A stretch of 64,000 nt of DNA, from contig CAXXWS020000002.1 of the NCBI GenBank assembly GCA_963665325.3, positions 1,120,001 through 1,184,000 of the forward strand, read 5' to 3'. This stretch comes from Alphaproteobacteria bacterium (GTDB taxonomy: Bacteria > Pseudomonadota > Alphaproteobacteria > Bin95). The notes under the pieces are model-generated. The model searched no databases and was not told the DNA's origin. It worked only from the letters and a program-made list of their open reading frames with translations. The first letter of the stretch is position 1. Every line of letters begins with the position of its first letter. Made by a program: the position numbers and the translations under genes. This document shows positions 1-9,254 of the stretch, piece after piece.

Positions 1-361
1 AGGGGTCGCACTCCCCGCACATGAACAGGTCGAGCGCCGCGAACCCGCGCTCGGGCCACGTGTGGATCGAGATATGGGATTCCGCCAGCAGCAGCATGCC
101 GGAAACGCCGTTCGGCTGGAAACGGTGGAAATCTCCGCCCAGCACGGTCGCGCCCGATGCATCGGCGCAGGCGCGCAATGTCCGGTCGATTGCCGCCGGA
201 TCGTCGAGGTCCCTGGCGCCCCACAAATCCACCAGGAGGTGCGTGCCTGCGTAGCGCAGGCCGTCCCGCTCGACATAGTAATCCTTGACCGCCGGTTGTT
301 CGCGGGGAAACAGGCGGGCGGTCACCGCGTCATCCGAAATGGCGGCAGACGTCTGGGCCAA
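1..361 (-). CDS. speD: S-adenosylmethionine decarboxylase proenzyme (3' end runs off the window; not in the ORF track)
   Basis: Manual minus-strand translation gives GTHLLVDLWGA...FHRFQPNGVSGMLLLAESHISIHTWPERGFAALDLFMCG, containing the E-SH pyruvoyl cleavage site; TTG start at 361 preceded by AGGAGG. Confidence 0.9.
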   Translation of the reverse strand, partial: MAQTSAAISDDAVTARLFPREQPAVKDYYVERDGLRYAGTHLLVDLWGARDLDDPAAIDRTLRACADASGATVLGGDFHRFQPNGVSGMLLLAESHISIHTWPERGFAALDLFMCGECDP

Positions 362-451
362 AGGCGTCCTCCTGAAGCTTGCGATGGATTGCGGCGCTGG
401 GCGCGGCAAGGCGCGACAAAATACGCCCGTTCGCCGCGGGCGCAAGGGGAA

Positions 452-1648
452 TCACGCGGGGTCTTTTCCGAGTGCTATCCACAGCCCCGCCGCGCCCGTC
501 ACGACCGCCATCAGCACGAATGCGGCGCTGTAGCCGAAGGCGCCCGCGACGGCCCCGAACAGCGCCGGGCCGAAAGCGGAGCCGCTGAGCGTGAAGAACA
601 TCGCCCCGCCGGTTGCCGCGCCGACATCGCCGCCGGGCGCAAGCCGGGCAACTTCGGCCAAATAGACCCCGTTCCACCCGACGGCCGTGGCGCCGAAAGC
701 CGCGGAGAGCCCTGCAACCGCAAGCCAGGGCCAGTCGGGGCCGAGCGTCGTCGCAATCAGCGCGGTCGCTGCCATGGCGACGCCGAGGACGGCTAGCGCA
801 GCGCGGCTTGAGGTCGCATCCGCTACCCATCCCCAGCCGATACGGGCAGCGATGCCGGCCAGGAAACCGACGGAGAACAGCGAGCCCGCCTCGGCGAGGT
901 CGAAACCGGCGCGCTGCATCGCAAAAGTGACGAAGAACGCCGTGAAGCAGAACTGCCCCATGGAGAAGACCGCCGAGGCGAGCACTGTGCGGCGTAAGGC
1001 CGGCAGCGCCCAGACCTGGCGGATCGCCGCCAGGGGATGCGCGGCAAAGGCAGGCGCCGAGGGGTCCCGGTCTTCGTCGAGGCGTGCGCGCCACGGCTGG
1101 ACGGCGACCATTGCTGCAATGCAGAGCAGCGCAATCGCCGGGCCGGCGGCCTGCCAGCCCCAGGCAAGCGCGACGGCCGGCACCAGCAGCCCGGCAATCG
1201 TGGCGCCCACGGGCACGCTGGTCTGCTTGACGGAGAAGACCCGCGCACGCTGATGGGGCGGCGAGAGCCGCGCAAGCAGGTGCGAGCCGGCGGGATTGGC
1301 CGGCCCATAGGCCACGCCGATCAGGAAGCCCGCCAGCGCGAAGGCTGCGATGCTCGCCACGCCGGTCAGCAGCGCGCCGGCAGCGGCGATGGCCAGCGTC
1401 GCCTGGCAGACGCGCAGCGCGCCGTAACGGCGGATCAGCCCTCCCGAGAACAGGGTGGAGGCCATGCCGCCGAGCCACAACACCATCGTGTAGTAGCCGA
1501 CGAGCGCCGGATCGACGCCGAGCGTCTGCGCGCTCTCCTGCACCGTGATCGGCACGATGAGCGAAGCGATGACGACGATGGCCTGCATCGCAAGGGTTGC
1601 AAGCAGGGCGGGCAGGACGGCGGCCATAAGCGCGCCGGATAGCCGCAA
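452..1648 (-). CDS. MFS transporter
   Basis: 398 aa, about 12 hydrophobic segments, MFS motif A-like GGLIRRYGALRV and GWVAD. Confidence 0.85.
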   Translation of the reverse strand: MRLSGALMAAVLPALLATLAMQAIVVIASLIVPITVQESAQTLGVDPALVGYYTMVLWLGGMASTLFSGGLIRRYGALRVCQATLAIAAAGALLTGVASIAAFALAGFLIGVAYGPANPAGSHLLARLSPPHQRARVFSVKQTSVPVGATIAGLLVPAVALAWGWQAAGPAIALLCIAAMVAVQPWRARLDEDRDPSAPAFAAHPLAAIRQVWALPALRRTVLASAVFSMGQFCFTAFFVTFAMQRAGFDLAEAGSLFSVGFLAGIAARIGWGWVADATSSRAALAVLGVAMAATALIATTLGPDWPWLAVAGLSAAFGATAVGWNGVYLAEVARLAPGGDVGAATGGAMFFTLSGSAFGPALFGAVAGAFGYSAAFVLMAVVTGAAGLWIALGKDPA

Positions 1649-1725
1649 GGGGCCGCCGCCGCAACCGCTTGCGCCCTGCTGTCGGCCGCGACTATCAGCC
1701 CACGGGTCCGGCAGGGGAGGCGGCT

Positions 1726-2559
1726 ATGGCGGTTTGGCGCGAGCGGTTGAACGAGTTTGTGTGCTCGCCGAAGACGGAACGGTTCGTCACGGTGCTGATC
1801 GTCGTCAACGCGGTGACGCTCGGCCTGGAGACCTCGGCGACGATAGACGAGGCACTGTCGCCCTGGTTGGGCTGGCTCGACAAGGCCATCGTTGCGGTCT
1901 TCGTCGTCGAAATCGCAGCCCGGCTGCTGGCCCAGGGGCCGGCCTTCTTCAAGCGCGGCTGGAACCTGTTCGATTTCGCGGTCATCGGGGTCACGCTCAT
2001 TCCGGCGACCGGCAACCTCTCCGTGCTGCGGGCGCTGCGCATCCTGCGCGTGCTGAGACTGGTCTCCGTCGTGCCGCAGATGCGCAAGGTGGTAGAGGCG
2101 CTGCTGCACGCCATTCCGGGCCTCGGCTCGATCTCCAGCCTGCTGCTGCTGGTGTTCTATGTGGGCGCGGTGATGGCGACGCGGATGTTCGGCACCGAGT
2201 TCCCGGAATGGTTCGGCAGCATCGGCGCGTCCATGTATTCGCTCTTCCAGATCATGACGCTGGAGAGCTGGTCGATGGGCATCGTGCGCCCGGTGATGGT
2301 GACCTTCGACTGGGCATGGGCCTTCTTCGTGCCCTTCATCCTGCTGACCAGCTTCGCGGTCCTGAACCTCTTCATCGCCGTCATCGTCGATGCCATGCAG
2401 ACGCTGCACACGGCCGATCGGGAAGAGACCGAGACGGTGCTCAGACAGGTGACGGAAGCCGAAGCCTCCTTCCTCGCAACGGAACTGGAAGGCCTTCGCA
2501 CCGAAATCCGCTCGCTCAAAGAGGAGATTGGGCGGGCAGGGGGCAGTGGCGGTTCGTAG
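1726..2559 (+). CDS. Bacterial voltage-gated sodium channel (BacNav/NaChBac family)
   Basis: S4 voltage sensor RALRILRVLR, selectivity filter TLESWSMG, S6 FAVLNLFIAVIV, C-terminal coiled-coil; GGAGG upstream of ATG 1726. Confidence 0.92.
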   Translation: MAVWRERLNEFVCSPKTERFVTVLIVVNAVTLGLETSATIDEALSPWLGWLDKAIVAVFVVEIAARLLAQGPAFFKRGWNLFDFAVIGVTLIPATGNLSVLRALRILRVLRLVSVVPQMRKVVEALLHAIPGLGSISSLLLLVFYVGAVMATRMFGTEFPEWFGSIGASMYSLFQIMTLESWSMGIVRPVMVTFDWAWAFFVPFILLTSFAVLNLFIAVIVDAMQTLHTADREETETVLRQVTEAEASFLATELEGLRTEIRSLKEEIGRAGGSGGS

Positions 2560-2580
2560 CAGCTTCCTGTCCGGCCTGCT

Positions 2581-3621
2581 TCACTCCCCCTCAAGCGCGA
2601 TGCGGTGGCTGTCGAGCAGGCCGGGGGCGCGGGCCGGGTCGCCCCGGCCCCAGCCGCATTCGGTGGCGATGCCGAAGGTCGCCACCGTTTCTTCCGCAGC
2701 CGCAATGCGGCGCCGGTCGCCCTCGCGGTCGTCATGGTGGATGAGGCCGAGATAGAGCTCGCATCCCTCGGGCAGACGCAGATCCGCAAGCGGGGCGTAG
2801 TAGGCCGCGTCGTCGCGGTGTTTCGGCGCCGGAACGTGGATGAACTGGAGGGAACGCTCCAATCCGGCGAGGATGCCGTGGCTGATCTCGACCGTGTTGG
2901 CGAGGTCCGTCGGCATCACCACATGCTCGTCGTTCGGCGTGCCGTAGCAGAGGTGGTAGCCAAGCTCCGCCGGCTCAGGCACGGCGTTGCCGAGGCGCGC
3001 CAGCATGGCCGTTATGTCCTGCTTGTAGCTCGCCGGGCGGTTCGGGAAATATCCCTCCCATGCCAGCACCTCTTGGCAGACATCCCACTGTATCGCCAGG
3101 TCGCCCGGGGGGATCGCGGCGCAGATCCTGGTGAGGTCGGCCTTGAAGGCGCGCTCATAGGCGGCGAAGAACTCCGGCCGGGCCGAGGGCGAAACGAACC
3201 AGTAGCCGATCGCCATCGGCGTCGGCAGGCAGACCTGGAAGCGCACGCCGGCCGGCAGCGTTCCGGTATCGCGCATGGCGGTGAAGCGGGCGTAGGAGGC
3301 GATGGCCTCGGGTGCGTAGCCCGGATCGAATTCGACCGTCGCGGGATCGACGCCGGCGCGGAAGCGGAGCAGCTCCCATTCGCGGATCAGCTTGCCGTCC
3401 CACTGGTGGATGCGCGCCTTGTCCTCGTCGGCCGCCACCTCCATCGCCGGATGCGCCGCGACCTTCGCCCGCTGCCAGAAGATCCAGCGCGCCCGCTCGC
3501 CGGTCTCGCCGTCGGGAATCCGCCTGAGATGCGTCCCCAGCCGGCTGCCGATTTCCGCAAAGGTCGTGTCGGCGTCCGGATAGGGCAGGCTGCCGACAAG
3601 ATGGGCGCAGGTGAGCGACAT
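2581..3621 (-). CDS. MetE/cobalamin-independent methionine synthase catalytic-domain-like protein of unknown function
   Basis: HLVGSLP, PDGETGER, IQWDVC.E, HLCYG and TECGWGR resemble the single-barrel MetE-like Zn-thiol fold. Confidence 0.6.
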   Translation of the reverse strand: MSLTCAHLVGSLPYPDADTTFAEIGSRLGTHLRRIPDGETGERARWIFWQRAKVAAHPAMEVAADEDKARIHQWDGKLIREWELLRFRAGVDPATVEFDPGYAPEAIASYARFTAMRDTGTLPAGVRFQVCLPTPMAIGYWFVSPSARPEFFAAYERAFKADLTRICAAIPPGDLAIQWDVCQEVLAWEGYFPNRPASYKQDITAMLARLGNAVPEPAELGYHLCYGTPNDEHVVMPTDLANTVEISHGILAGLERSLQFIHVPAPKHRDDAAYYAPLADLRLPEGCELYLGLIHHDDREGDRRRIAAAEETVATFGIATECGWGRGDPARAPGLLDSHRIALEGE

Positions 3622-3689
3622 GGCGGGCCTCCCCCGAAGTTGGAAAGAACCATAGTACAATACGGCTCGCGAGACAGGGGAGGCGCGAG

Positions 3690-4534
3690 ATGACATTCGA
3701 TTGGCGTTCGGCGGATGATGCAACGCTGGAGGCGCATTTCAATCCGCGCGCCGCGGTCGGCGACAAGGCGGTGGAGGCCCATCTGGGCGAGTATCTGGCG
3801 GCGGCCGAGGCGGCGCGCGAGTCCTGGCCCGGAACCTGCGACATCGCCTACGGCTCCGGGCCGCGCGAGACGCTGGACCTGCACCGGCCGGCCTCGGGCG
3901 GCAATGGCGCGCTGTTCATGTTCATCCATGGCGGCTACTGGCGCCGCTTTTCCAAGGCGGACCACAGCTTTGCCGTGGGCGGCTTCGTCGAGCGCGGCGT
4001 GACGGTCGCCAATGTCGATTACACGCTCTGCCCGGATGTGACCCTGGACGAGATCGTGGCCGAGATGCGCGTCTGCCTCGCCTTCGTCCATGCCCATGCC
4101 GGGGAGTGGGGCTGCGACCCGGCGCGCCTCTTCGTCGGCGGGCATTCGGCGGGGGCACATCTGACCGCCATGCTGCTGGCGACCCGGCTTCGGCGGCGCT
4201 GATCGCGGGAGCGCACTGCATGAGCGGCATCTACGAGACGCCGGTCGTGCGGCGCATCTCGGTGAACGAGGAGGTGCGGCTGGACGAGGCGATGGCGGCG
4301 CGCAACAACGTCTTCGCCCATCGGCCGCAAAAGGCCGTGCCGATGGTCGTCTCGGTCGGCGGCGAGGAGCCGCCCGGCTGGCAGGCGCAGAGCGCCGGAT
4401 ATGCCGATATCGCCGAGGCCGCCGGCTGTGCGGTCGAGCGGGTGACGGTTCCGGGCGCCAACCACTTCTCGATGCTGTTCGACGCCGTCAGCGCAGGCGG
4501 CAGGTCCTTCGAGGCCTTCGCGGCGAAGATGTAG
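3690..4534 (+). pseudogene. Alpha/beta hydrolase (arylformamidase/kynurenine formamidase-like) split by a frameshift near 4180
   Basis: HGGYW and GHSAGAHL lie in ORF 3690-4202; the C-terminal half (SGIYE, VGGEE, NHF) continues in another frame to 4534. Confidence 0.75.
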
Positions 4535-4701
4535 CGCTGCATCCGGCCGGTTCGGACGCGGAGGCGGTGCGCGATGACCGTGCCAGGTCTGCAGCCGTCG
4601 CCGCGGGTCTCGAATTAGGGCCGTCGGCATAAATCGCGAAGTTTTTCGCGTTGCTGCAAGACCTTCCGCGTCCCCTCCGGTCTCAAGGTCCCCCGGCGAG
4701 G

Positions 4702-6456
4702 TCAGATCGGGGCCGTGGCGGCTTCCAGCCAGAGGGGGTCTTCGCAGTCGGCGACCTCGCGCACCTGCACGTGATAGGCGTTCAGCCAATCGCGCTCGGC
4801 GGGGGTGAGGAGTGCGGTGTCGACCAGGCGGCGGTCGATGGGCGCGAAGGTCAGCGTCTCGAAGCTCAACATCTCCGGGACATCCGGGTCTTCCCGCACC
4901 AGCAGCAGGTTCTCGATGCGGATGCCGAACGCGCCCGGTTCATAGTAGCCGGGTTCGTTGGAGACGATCATGCCCGCCAGCAGGACTTCCTCGCCGCGCT
5001 TCGAGATGCGCTGCGGGCCCTCATGCACGGAGAGGTAGCTGCCGACGCCGTGGCCGGTGCCGTGGTCGAAATCGAGACCGCCCTGCCAGAGCGGCGCGCG
5101 GGCCAGCGTGTCGAGCTGGGCGCCGGTGGTCCCCTCGGGAAACCGCGCTGTTGCGAGCGCGATATGCCCCTTCAATACGCGCGTGAAGCAGGCGCGCTGC
5201 CGGTCCGTCGGGGTCCCGATAGCGATCGTGCGGGTGATGTCCGTCGTGCCGTCGAGGAACTGCGCGCCGGAATCCACCAGGTAGAGCATGTCCGGCGCGA
5301 GCGTCCGGTCGGTGGCCTCGGTCACGCCGTAATGGACGATCGCGCCGTTGGGCCCCGCGCCGGAGATGGTCGGGAAGCTGAGGTCGCGGAAGAGCGGCAG
5401 CTTCTCGCGGCAGCCGCGCAGGCGGGCGGCGGCGGAAAGCTCCGTCTGCCGCCCGGACGGGCCCTCGCGGTCGAACCAGGCGAGGAAGTCCGCCACCGCG
5501 CCGGCGTCGCGGCGGTGTGCGGCCCTCGCGCCGGCAATCTCGCTCCCGTTCTTGCAGGCCTTGGGCAGAATGCAGGGGTCGCGCTCCCGCACGATCTTCG
5601 CGCCCGCCGCCTCCAGCCGCGAGACCACCCAGGCCGGCGCACGGGCGGCATCGACCTGCACCGTCTTGCCGGCAAGCGCGTCGAGCGCCGGCCCGAAAGC
5701 CTCCGGCGGCGCGAGCGACACCTCATTGCCGAGATGCCCGCCGAGGCCCGGCGCCGGCTTCGCCGGATCGACGAACAGCTCCGCCTTCCCTTCGCGGTCC
5801 AGCAGCGCGAAGCTGAGCGGCAGCGGCGTGTGGGCAACGTCGCCGCCGCGCACATTGAGCAGCCAGGCGATAGAGTCCGGCAGGGTCAGCACCACGGCGT
5901 CGCGGCCGGCCTCGTCGAGCGCGGCGGCAATCTCGCGGCGCTTGTCGGCCGACTCGCGGCCGGCATAAGCGAGGTCGTGGGCGACCATCGGCGCGCTCGG
6001 CGGAGCGGGCCGGTCGGTCCAGACCGCATCCAGCGGATTCTCCGCGCAGGCGACCAGGCGGCCGCCCGCCTCGCCGGCGGCTTCCTCGAACTTCCGGACT
6101 TCCTTTTCCACATGCAGCCAGGGGTCGTAGCCGAGCGCGCCGCCCGGCGGCAGGTTCGCCGCGATCCATTCCGCCGGCGGGTCGTCGCTTATGTGGAGGC
6201 ACTCGAAGACCTCGGTATCGACCTGGTCCGGTATTTGCAGCGTGTAGCGGCCGTCGCTGAACACCGCGCCCTTTTCGAGCATCAGCACGGCGATACCGGC
6301 GGAACCGGTGAATCCGGTCAGCCAGGCCAGCCGTGCCGCGCTCGGCGGCACATACTCCCCCTGATACTCGTCCGCGCGCGGCACCACGAAGCCGTCGAGG
6401 CCCCGCCGGCGCAATTCAGCGCGGAGCGCGTCCACAGCCTCCCGGCGGCCGCTCAT
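4702..6456 (-). CDS. Xaa-Pro aminopeptidase (aminopeptidase P, M24B)
   Basis: DSGAQFLDGTTDITRT, HGTGHGVGSYLSVHEGP, NEPGYY, GIRIEN. Confidence 0.95.
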   Translation of the reverse strand: MSGRREAVDALRAELRRRGLDGFVVPRADEYQGEYVPPSAARLAWLTGFTGSAGIAVLMLEKGAVFSDGRYTLQIPDQVDTEVFECLHISDDPPAEWIAANLPPGGALGYDPWLHVEKEVRKFEEAAGEAGGRLVACAENPLDAVWTDRPAPPSAPMVAHDLAYAGRESADKRREIAAALDEAGRDAVVLTLPDSIAWLLNVRGGDVAHTPLPLSFALLDREGKAELFVDPAKPAPGLGGHLGNEVSLAPPEAFGPALDALAGKTVQVDAARAPAWVVSRLEAAGAKIVRERDPCILPKACKNGSEIAGARAAHRRDAGAVADFLAWFDREGPSGRQTELSAAARLRGCREKLPLFRDLSFPTISGAGPNGAIVHYGVTEATDRTLAPDMLYLVDSGAQFLDGTTDITRTIAIGTPTDRQRACFTRVLKGHIALATARFPEGTTGAQLDTLARAPLWQGGLDFDHGTGHGVGSYLSVHEGPQRISKRGEEVLLAGMIVSNEPGYYEPGAFGIRIENLLLVREDPDVPEMLSFETLTFAPIDRRLVDTALLTPAERDWLNAYHVQVREVADCEDPLWLEAATAPI

Positions 6457-7502
6457 GCCGCATGGCTCCCGGTCATGAACGGCCAGAGCGCGTCCGCGCC
6501 CTCCGCCGCAATCAGGCGGCCGAGCCGGACGGACCAGAAGCGCTCATTGCCGAACTCGTCGCGCCAGCACCAGAGCCGCCTCGTGCGGTGATGGAGCGAA
6601 TGTTCGTAGGTGAAGCCCATGGCGCCGTGGACCTGGTGCGCGATGGCCGCACCCTTCGATGCCGCCTCGCCCGCGCGCGCCTTGGCCGCTGCAATCGCCG
6701 CGACGCCGGCAGGGCCGAAATCTCCGGCCGCAACGGCCTCGCCCGCGGCATCCGCCGCCGCTTCCGCGGCTGCCGCCTCGCCGGCCAGGTCCGCGAGCGC
6801 GTGCTGCACCGCCTGGAACCGCCCGATGGGCCGGCCGAACTGCTCGCGATCCTGCGCATATTGCACCGACTGGTCGAGGAGCCGGGAGAGCGCGCCGGCC
6901 ATCTGCGCCGAGCGGACCGCGGCTCCGGCGAGTGCAAGCCGGTCCCGGTCGAGCCCTTCGGGCACCGGGGCCGAGCGCACCGGCCGCACGTCGTCGAACG
7001 CGATGTCGTCCCGTGCCTCGCCGGCAAGGCTCGTTCCCGGGATGAGCGCACATGACGACCGCTCGACGAGAAGGATGCGGCCCGCTGCGAGGAGGACGAT
7101 ATGCCCGGCATTGCGGGCAAAGGGCACCTGCCTCGCCGTGCCGGACAGCGCGCCGTCCTCAAGCTCAACGATGTCCGCAGCGCCGACCGGGGCCACGGTC
7201 ATCGCGCCGCCCGGCGCGGCGAGGCCCGCTTGCTCCAGAAGCCAGCCTGCCAGCAATGTCTCCGCCAGCGGCGCCGGGACCGCCCAGGCGCCGGCCGCCT
7301 TCAATATGCCGAAGCCGTCGGCGACCTCCGCGCCGCCGCCGCCAAGTTCCTCCCCGACCCAGGCCAGCGTCAGGCCGCTTTCCTCCAGCGCCTCCCACAG
7401 CGCCACCGGCCAGACGCCGTTCTCCGCATCGTTGACGACCTCCGGCGGGCAGAGGTCGGCGAGGATGCGTTCGGCCGTGTCGAGGACGATACGGTCGCTC
7501 AT
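6453..7502 (-). CDS. Acyl-CoA dehydrogenase family protein (short, degenerate partner subunit)
   Basis: REQFGRPIGRFQAVQH, HQVHGAMGFTYEH; overlaps the upstream ACAD by 4 bp. Confidence 0.88.
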   Translation of the reverse strand: MSDRIVLDTAERILADLCPPEVVNDAENGVWPVALWEALEESGLTLAWVGEELGGGGAEVADGFGILKAAGAWAVPAPLAETLLAGWLLEQAGLAAPGGAMTVAPVGAADIVELEDGALSGTARQVPFARNAGHIVLLAAGRILLVERSSCALIPGTSLAGEARDDIAFDDVRPVRSAPVPEGLDRDRLALAGAAVRSAQMAGALSRLLDQSVQYAQDREQFGRPIGRFQAVQHALADLAGEAAAAEAAADAAGEAVAAGDFGPAGVAAIAAAKARAGEAASKGAAIAHQVHGAMGFTYEHSLHHRTRRLWCWRDEFGNERFWSVRLGRLIAAEGADALWPFMTGSHAA

Positions 7503-8671
7503 CGCAGGCCGAGCTCCCGTGCGACGATTCCCTTCAACACCTCATTGGTGCCGCCGCGAATGGTGGAGGAGGGCACGTGGAGCACCCCGTCCGCCAGCAC
7601 CTTGCCATAGAGGTCCGGGGACTGGCTCGCCGCTGTCGCGGGCAGCAGGTTCCGGGCTTCGCGGACCAGATCGCCCTCGAAGCGGGTGCCGAGGTCCTTG
7701 ACGAGCGCGGCCGCGACTTCCGGCGCTTCGCCTTCGTCGAGCAGCCTGGATATGCCAAGCGACATGCGCCGGAGCGCCATGCTCCGCGCCGCCAGCGCGC
7801 CGACCGTTTCTGCGTCCCGGTCGTCCGGTTCGGGGCCGAGCTCGCGCACCAGTTCCGTCAGCACCGGGAAGGTGGAAAGGAAGCGTTCCGGCCCGGAGCG
7901 CTCGATGGCGAGCTCGCTCGTCACCTGCCGCCAGCCGTCCCCGACCTCGCCGACCGCCATGTCGTCGGGCACGAACGCGTCGTCGAACACGGTTTCGTTG
8001 AAGTGGCTCTCGCCGGCGATATTGCGGATGCCGCGTATCTCGATGCCGGGGGACTTGAGATCGATCAGGAACTGCGTCAGCCCCGCGTGACGGGCCTTCA
8101 TGTCGCGGGGCGCGGTGCGGACCAGCGCGATCATGTAGTGCGAGCGGTGGGCGCCCGAAGACCAGATCTTGCGCCCGTTTATGGTCCAGCCGCCGTCCAC
8201 CTTCGTCGCCGTCGTGCGGACCGAGGCGAGGTCGGAGCCGGAATCCGGCTCGCTCATGCCGATGGCGAAATAGCACTCCCCGGCGGCAATGCGCGGCAGG
8301 ATCGATCGCCGCTGCTCCTCCGTGCCGTAGCGCAGCAGCAGCGGGCCGGACTGGCGGTCGGCGACCCAGTGCGCGGCGCAGGGCGCGCCGGCCGAGACCA
8401 TCTCTTCGGTGACGATATAGCGGTGCAGGGCGGGCTTCTCGCCGCCGCCATACTGCTTCGGCCACATCATGCCGAGCCAGCCGCGTTCGCCCATCTTGCG
8501 CGACCACTCGGGCGACCAGCCGGACCCCCAGCTGTCCGCCATCGGCGTGAAGCCGCCCGACGCCCGTTCGGCGCGGATGAACTCGCGGATTTCCTCCCTG
8601 AGCGCCCGTTCCTCCGGGCCGAACTCGACCTTCGGGAAGCGGAACCGGTCCCCTGTCATGGTCTCCCCCAT
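7499..8671 (-). CDS. Acyl-CoA dehydrogenase
   Basis: FAIGMSEPDSGSDLAS, INGRKIWSSGA, TIRGGTNEVLK. Confidence 0.92.
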   Translation of the reverse strand: MGETMTGDRFRFPKVEFGPEERALREEIREFIRAERASGGFTPMADSWGSGWSPEWSRKMGERGWLGMMWPKQYGGGEKPALHRYIVTEEMVSAGAPCAAHWVADRQSGPLLLRYGTEEQRRSILPRIAAGECYFAIGMSEPDSGSDLASVRTTATKVDGGWTINGRKIWSSGAHRSHYMIALVRTAPRDMKARHAGLTQFLIDLKSPGIEIRGIRNIAGESHFNETVFDDAFVPDDMAVGEVGDGWRQVTSELAIERSGPERFLSTFPVLTELVRELGPEPDDRDAETVGALAARSMALRRMSLGISRLLDEGEAPEVAAALVKDLGTRFEGDLVREARNLLPATAASQSPDLYGKVLADGVLHVPSSTIRGGTNEVLKGIVARELGLR

Positions 8672-8828
8672 TGCTGCATGGCCCTTGTATTCGAGATCGA
8701 ACCGGCCCTGCCGTCCTTACCTTTCCCCCGGCCCTCGAGCCTGCCGTATGCGCACATCCCGTCTCGGCGCGTCTCCGGCCCGCCCGCCACAGGCGCAAAG
8801 CCGGGAGCCCCGGAGGCCCCGCGCACTG

Positions 8829-8868
8829 TGTCACGATATGTCATGAAATGTCATGCGATGTCATGTTC
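8829..8868 (+). repeat. Four tandem 10-bp repeats with TGTCA(T/C)G core
   Basis: TGTCACGATA TGTCATGAAA TGTCATGCGA TGTCATGTTC. Confidence 0.9.
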
Positions 8869-8934
8869 CGGCGTGCTGTGCGGCCTCCGCCGGCCCTGCC
8901 GAAGCTTCGTTCGCCCCTGTCCTGCATGTCGTTC

Positions 8935-8970
8935 CTCCATTGCGTTTCGTTCCACTCCGTTCCGCTCTGC
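8935..8970 (+). repeat. Degenerate 5-bp-period tandem repeat (YTCCR-like)
   Basis: ctcca ttgcg tttcg ttcca ctccg ttccg ctctg. Confidence 0.6.
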
Positions 8971-9254
8971 CCGCCGCCGATGCTCCGGCCGGGCGGAACC
9001 CTTTTCCGCGCGTATCGCGCGCCCGCCTGTGCGCCTGCCGGCGCGCGTTAGCGCCGGCGCGGTTCGCGCGCCTGATTGCGCGCGCGGGCGCCCGAGCGCA
9101 GGGCGCACTTCTCCTGTCCGTTTCGTTGGATTCTTTATTCGCGCCGGCGCGAAGCGGCCCCGCGGATGCCGCTCCCTTTGCCCCATATTGGCACGGATTT
9201 TCGGGATACAAGTCTTTGTCGGGAATTATTTCAAAATAAGTGAACAAATTGCCA

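Noticed and set aside
4535-4700. Intergenic stretch with a CGCGAA..TTCGCG hairpin
   Set aside because: Short stem with no U-tract or recognisable RNA family; cannot support a call
8829-8868. Pho box or CRISPR interpretation of the TGTCAT repeats
   Set aside because: The period is 10 bp rather than 11 bp and no phosphate genes are adjacent; there are no spacers or cas genes
9189-9205. TGGCACG as a sigma54 -24 element
   Set aside because: The -12 position reads TTCGG, lacking the required GC, and it points into the 3' end of a convergent gene
9215-9250. Possible LexA box in the AT-rich end of the intergenic element
   Set aside because: Only one GAAC half-site, with no partner at N7 spacing
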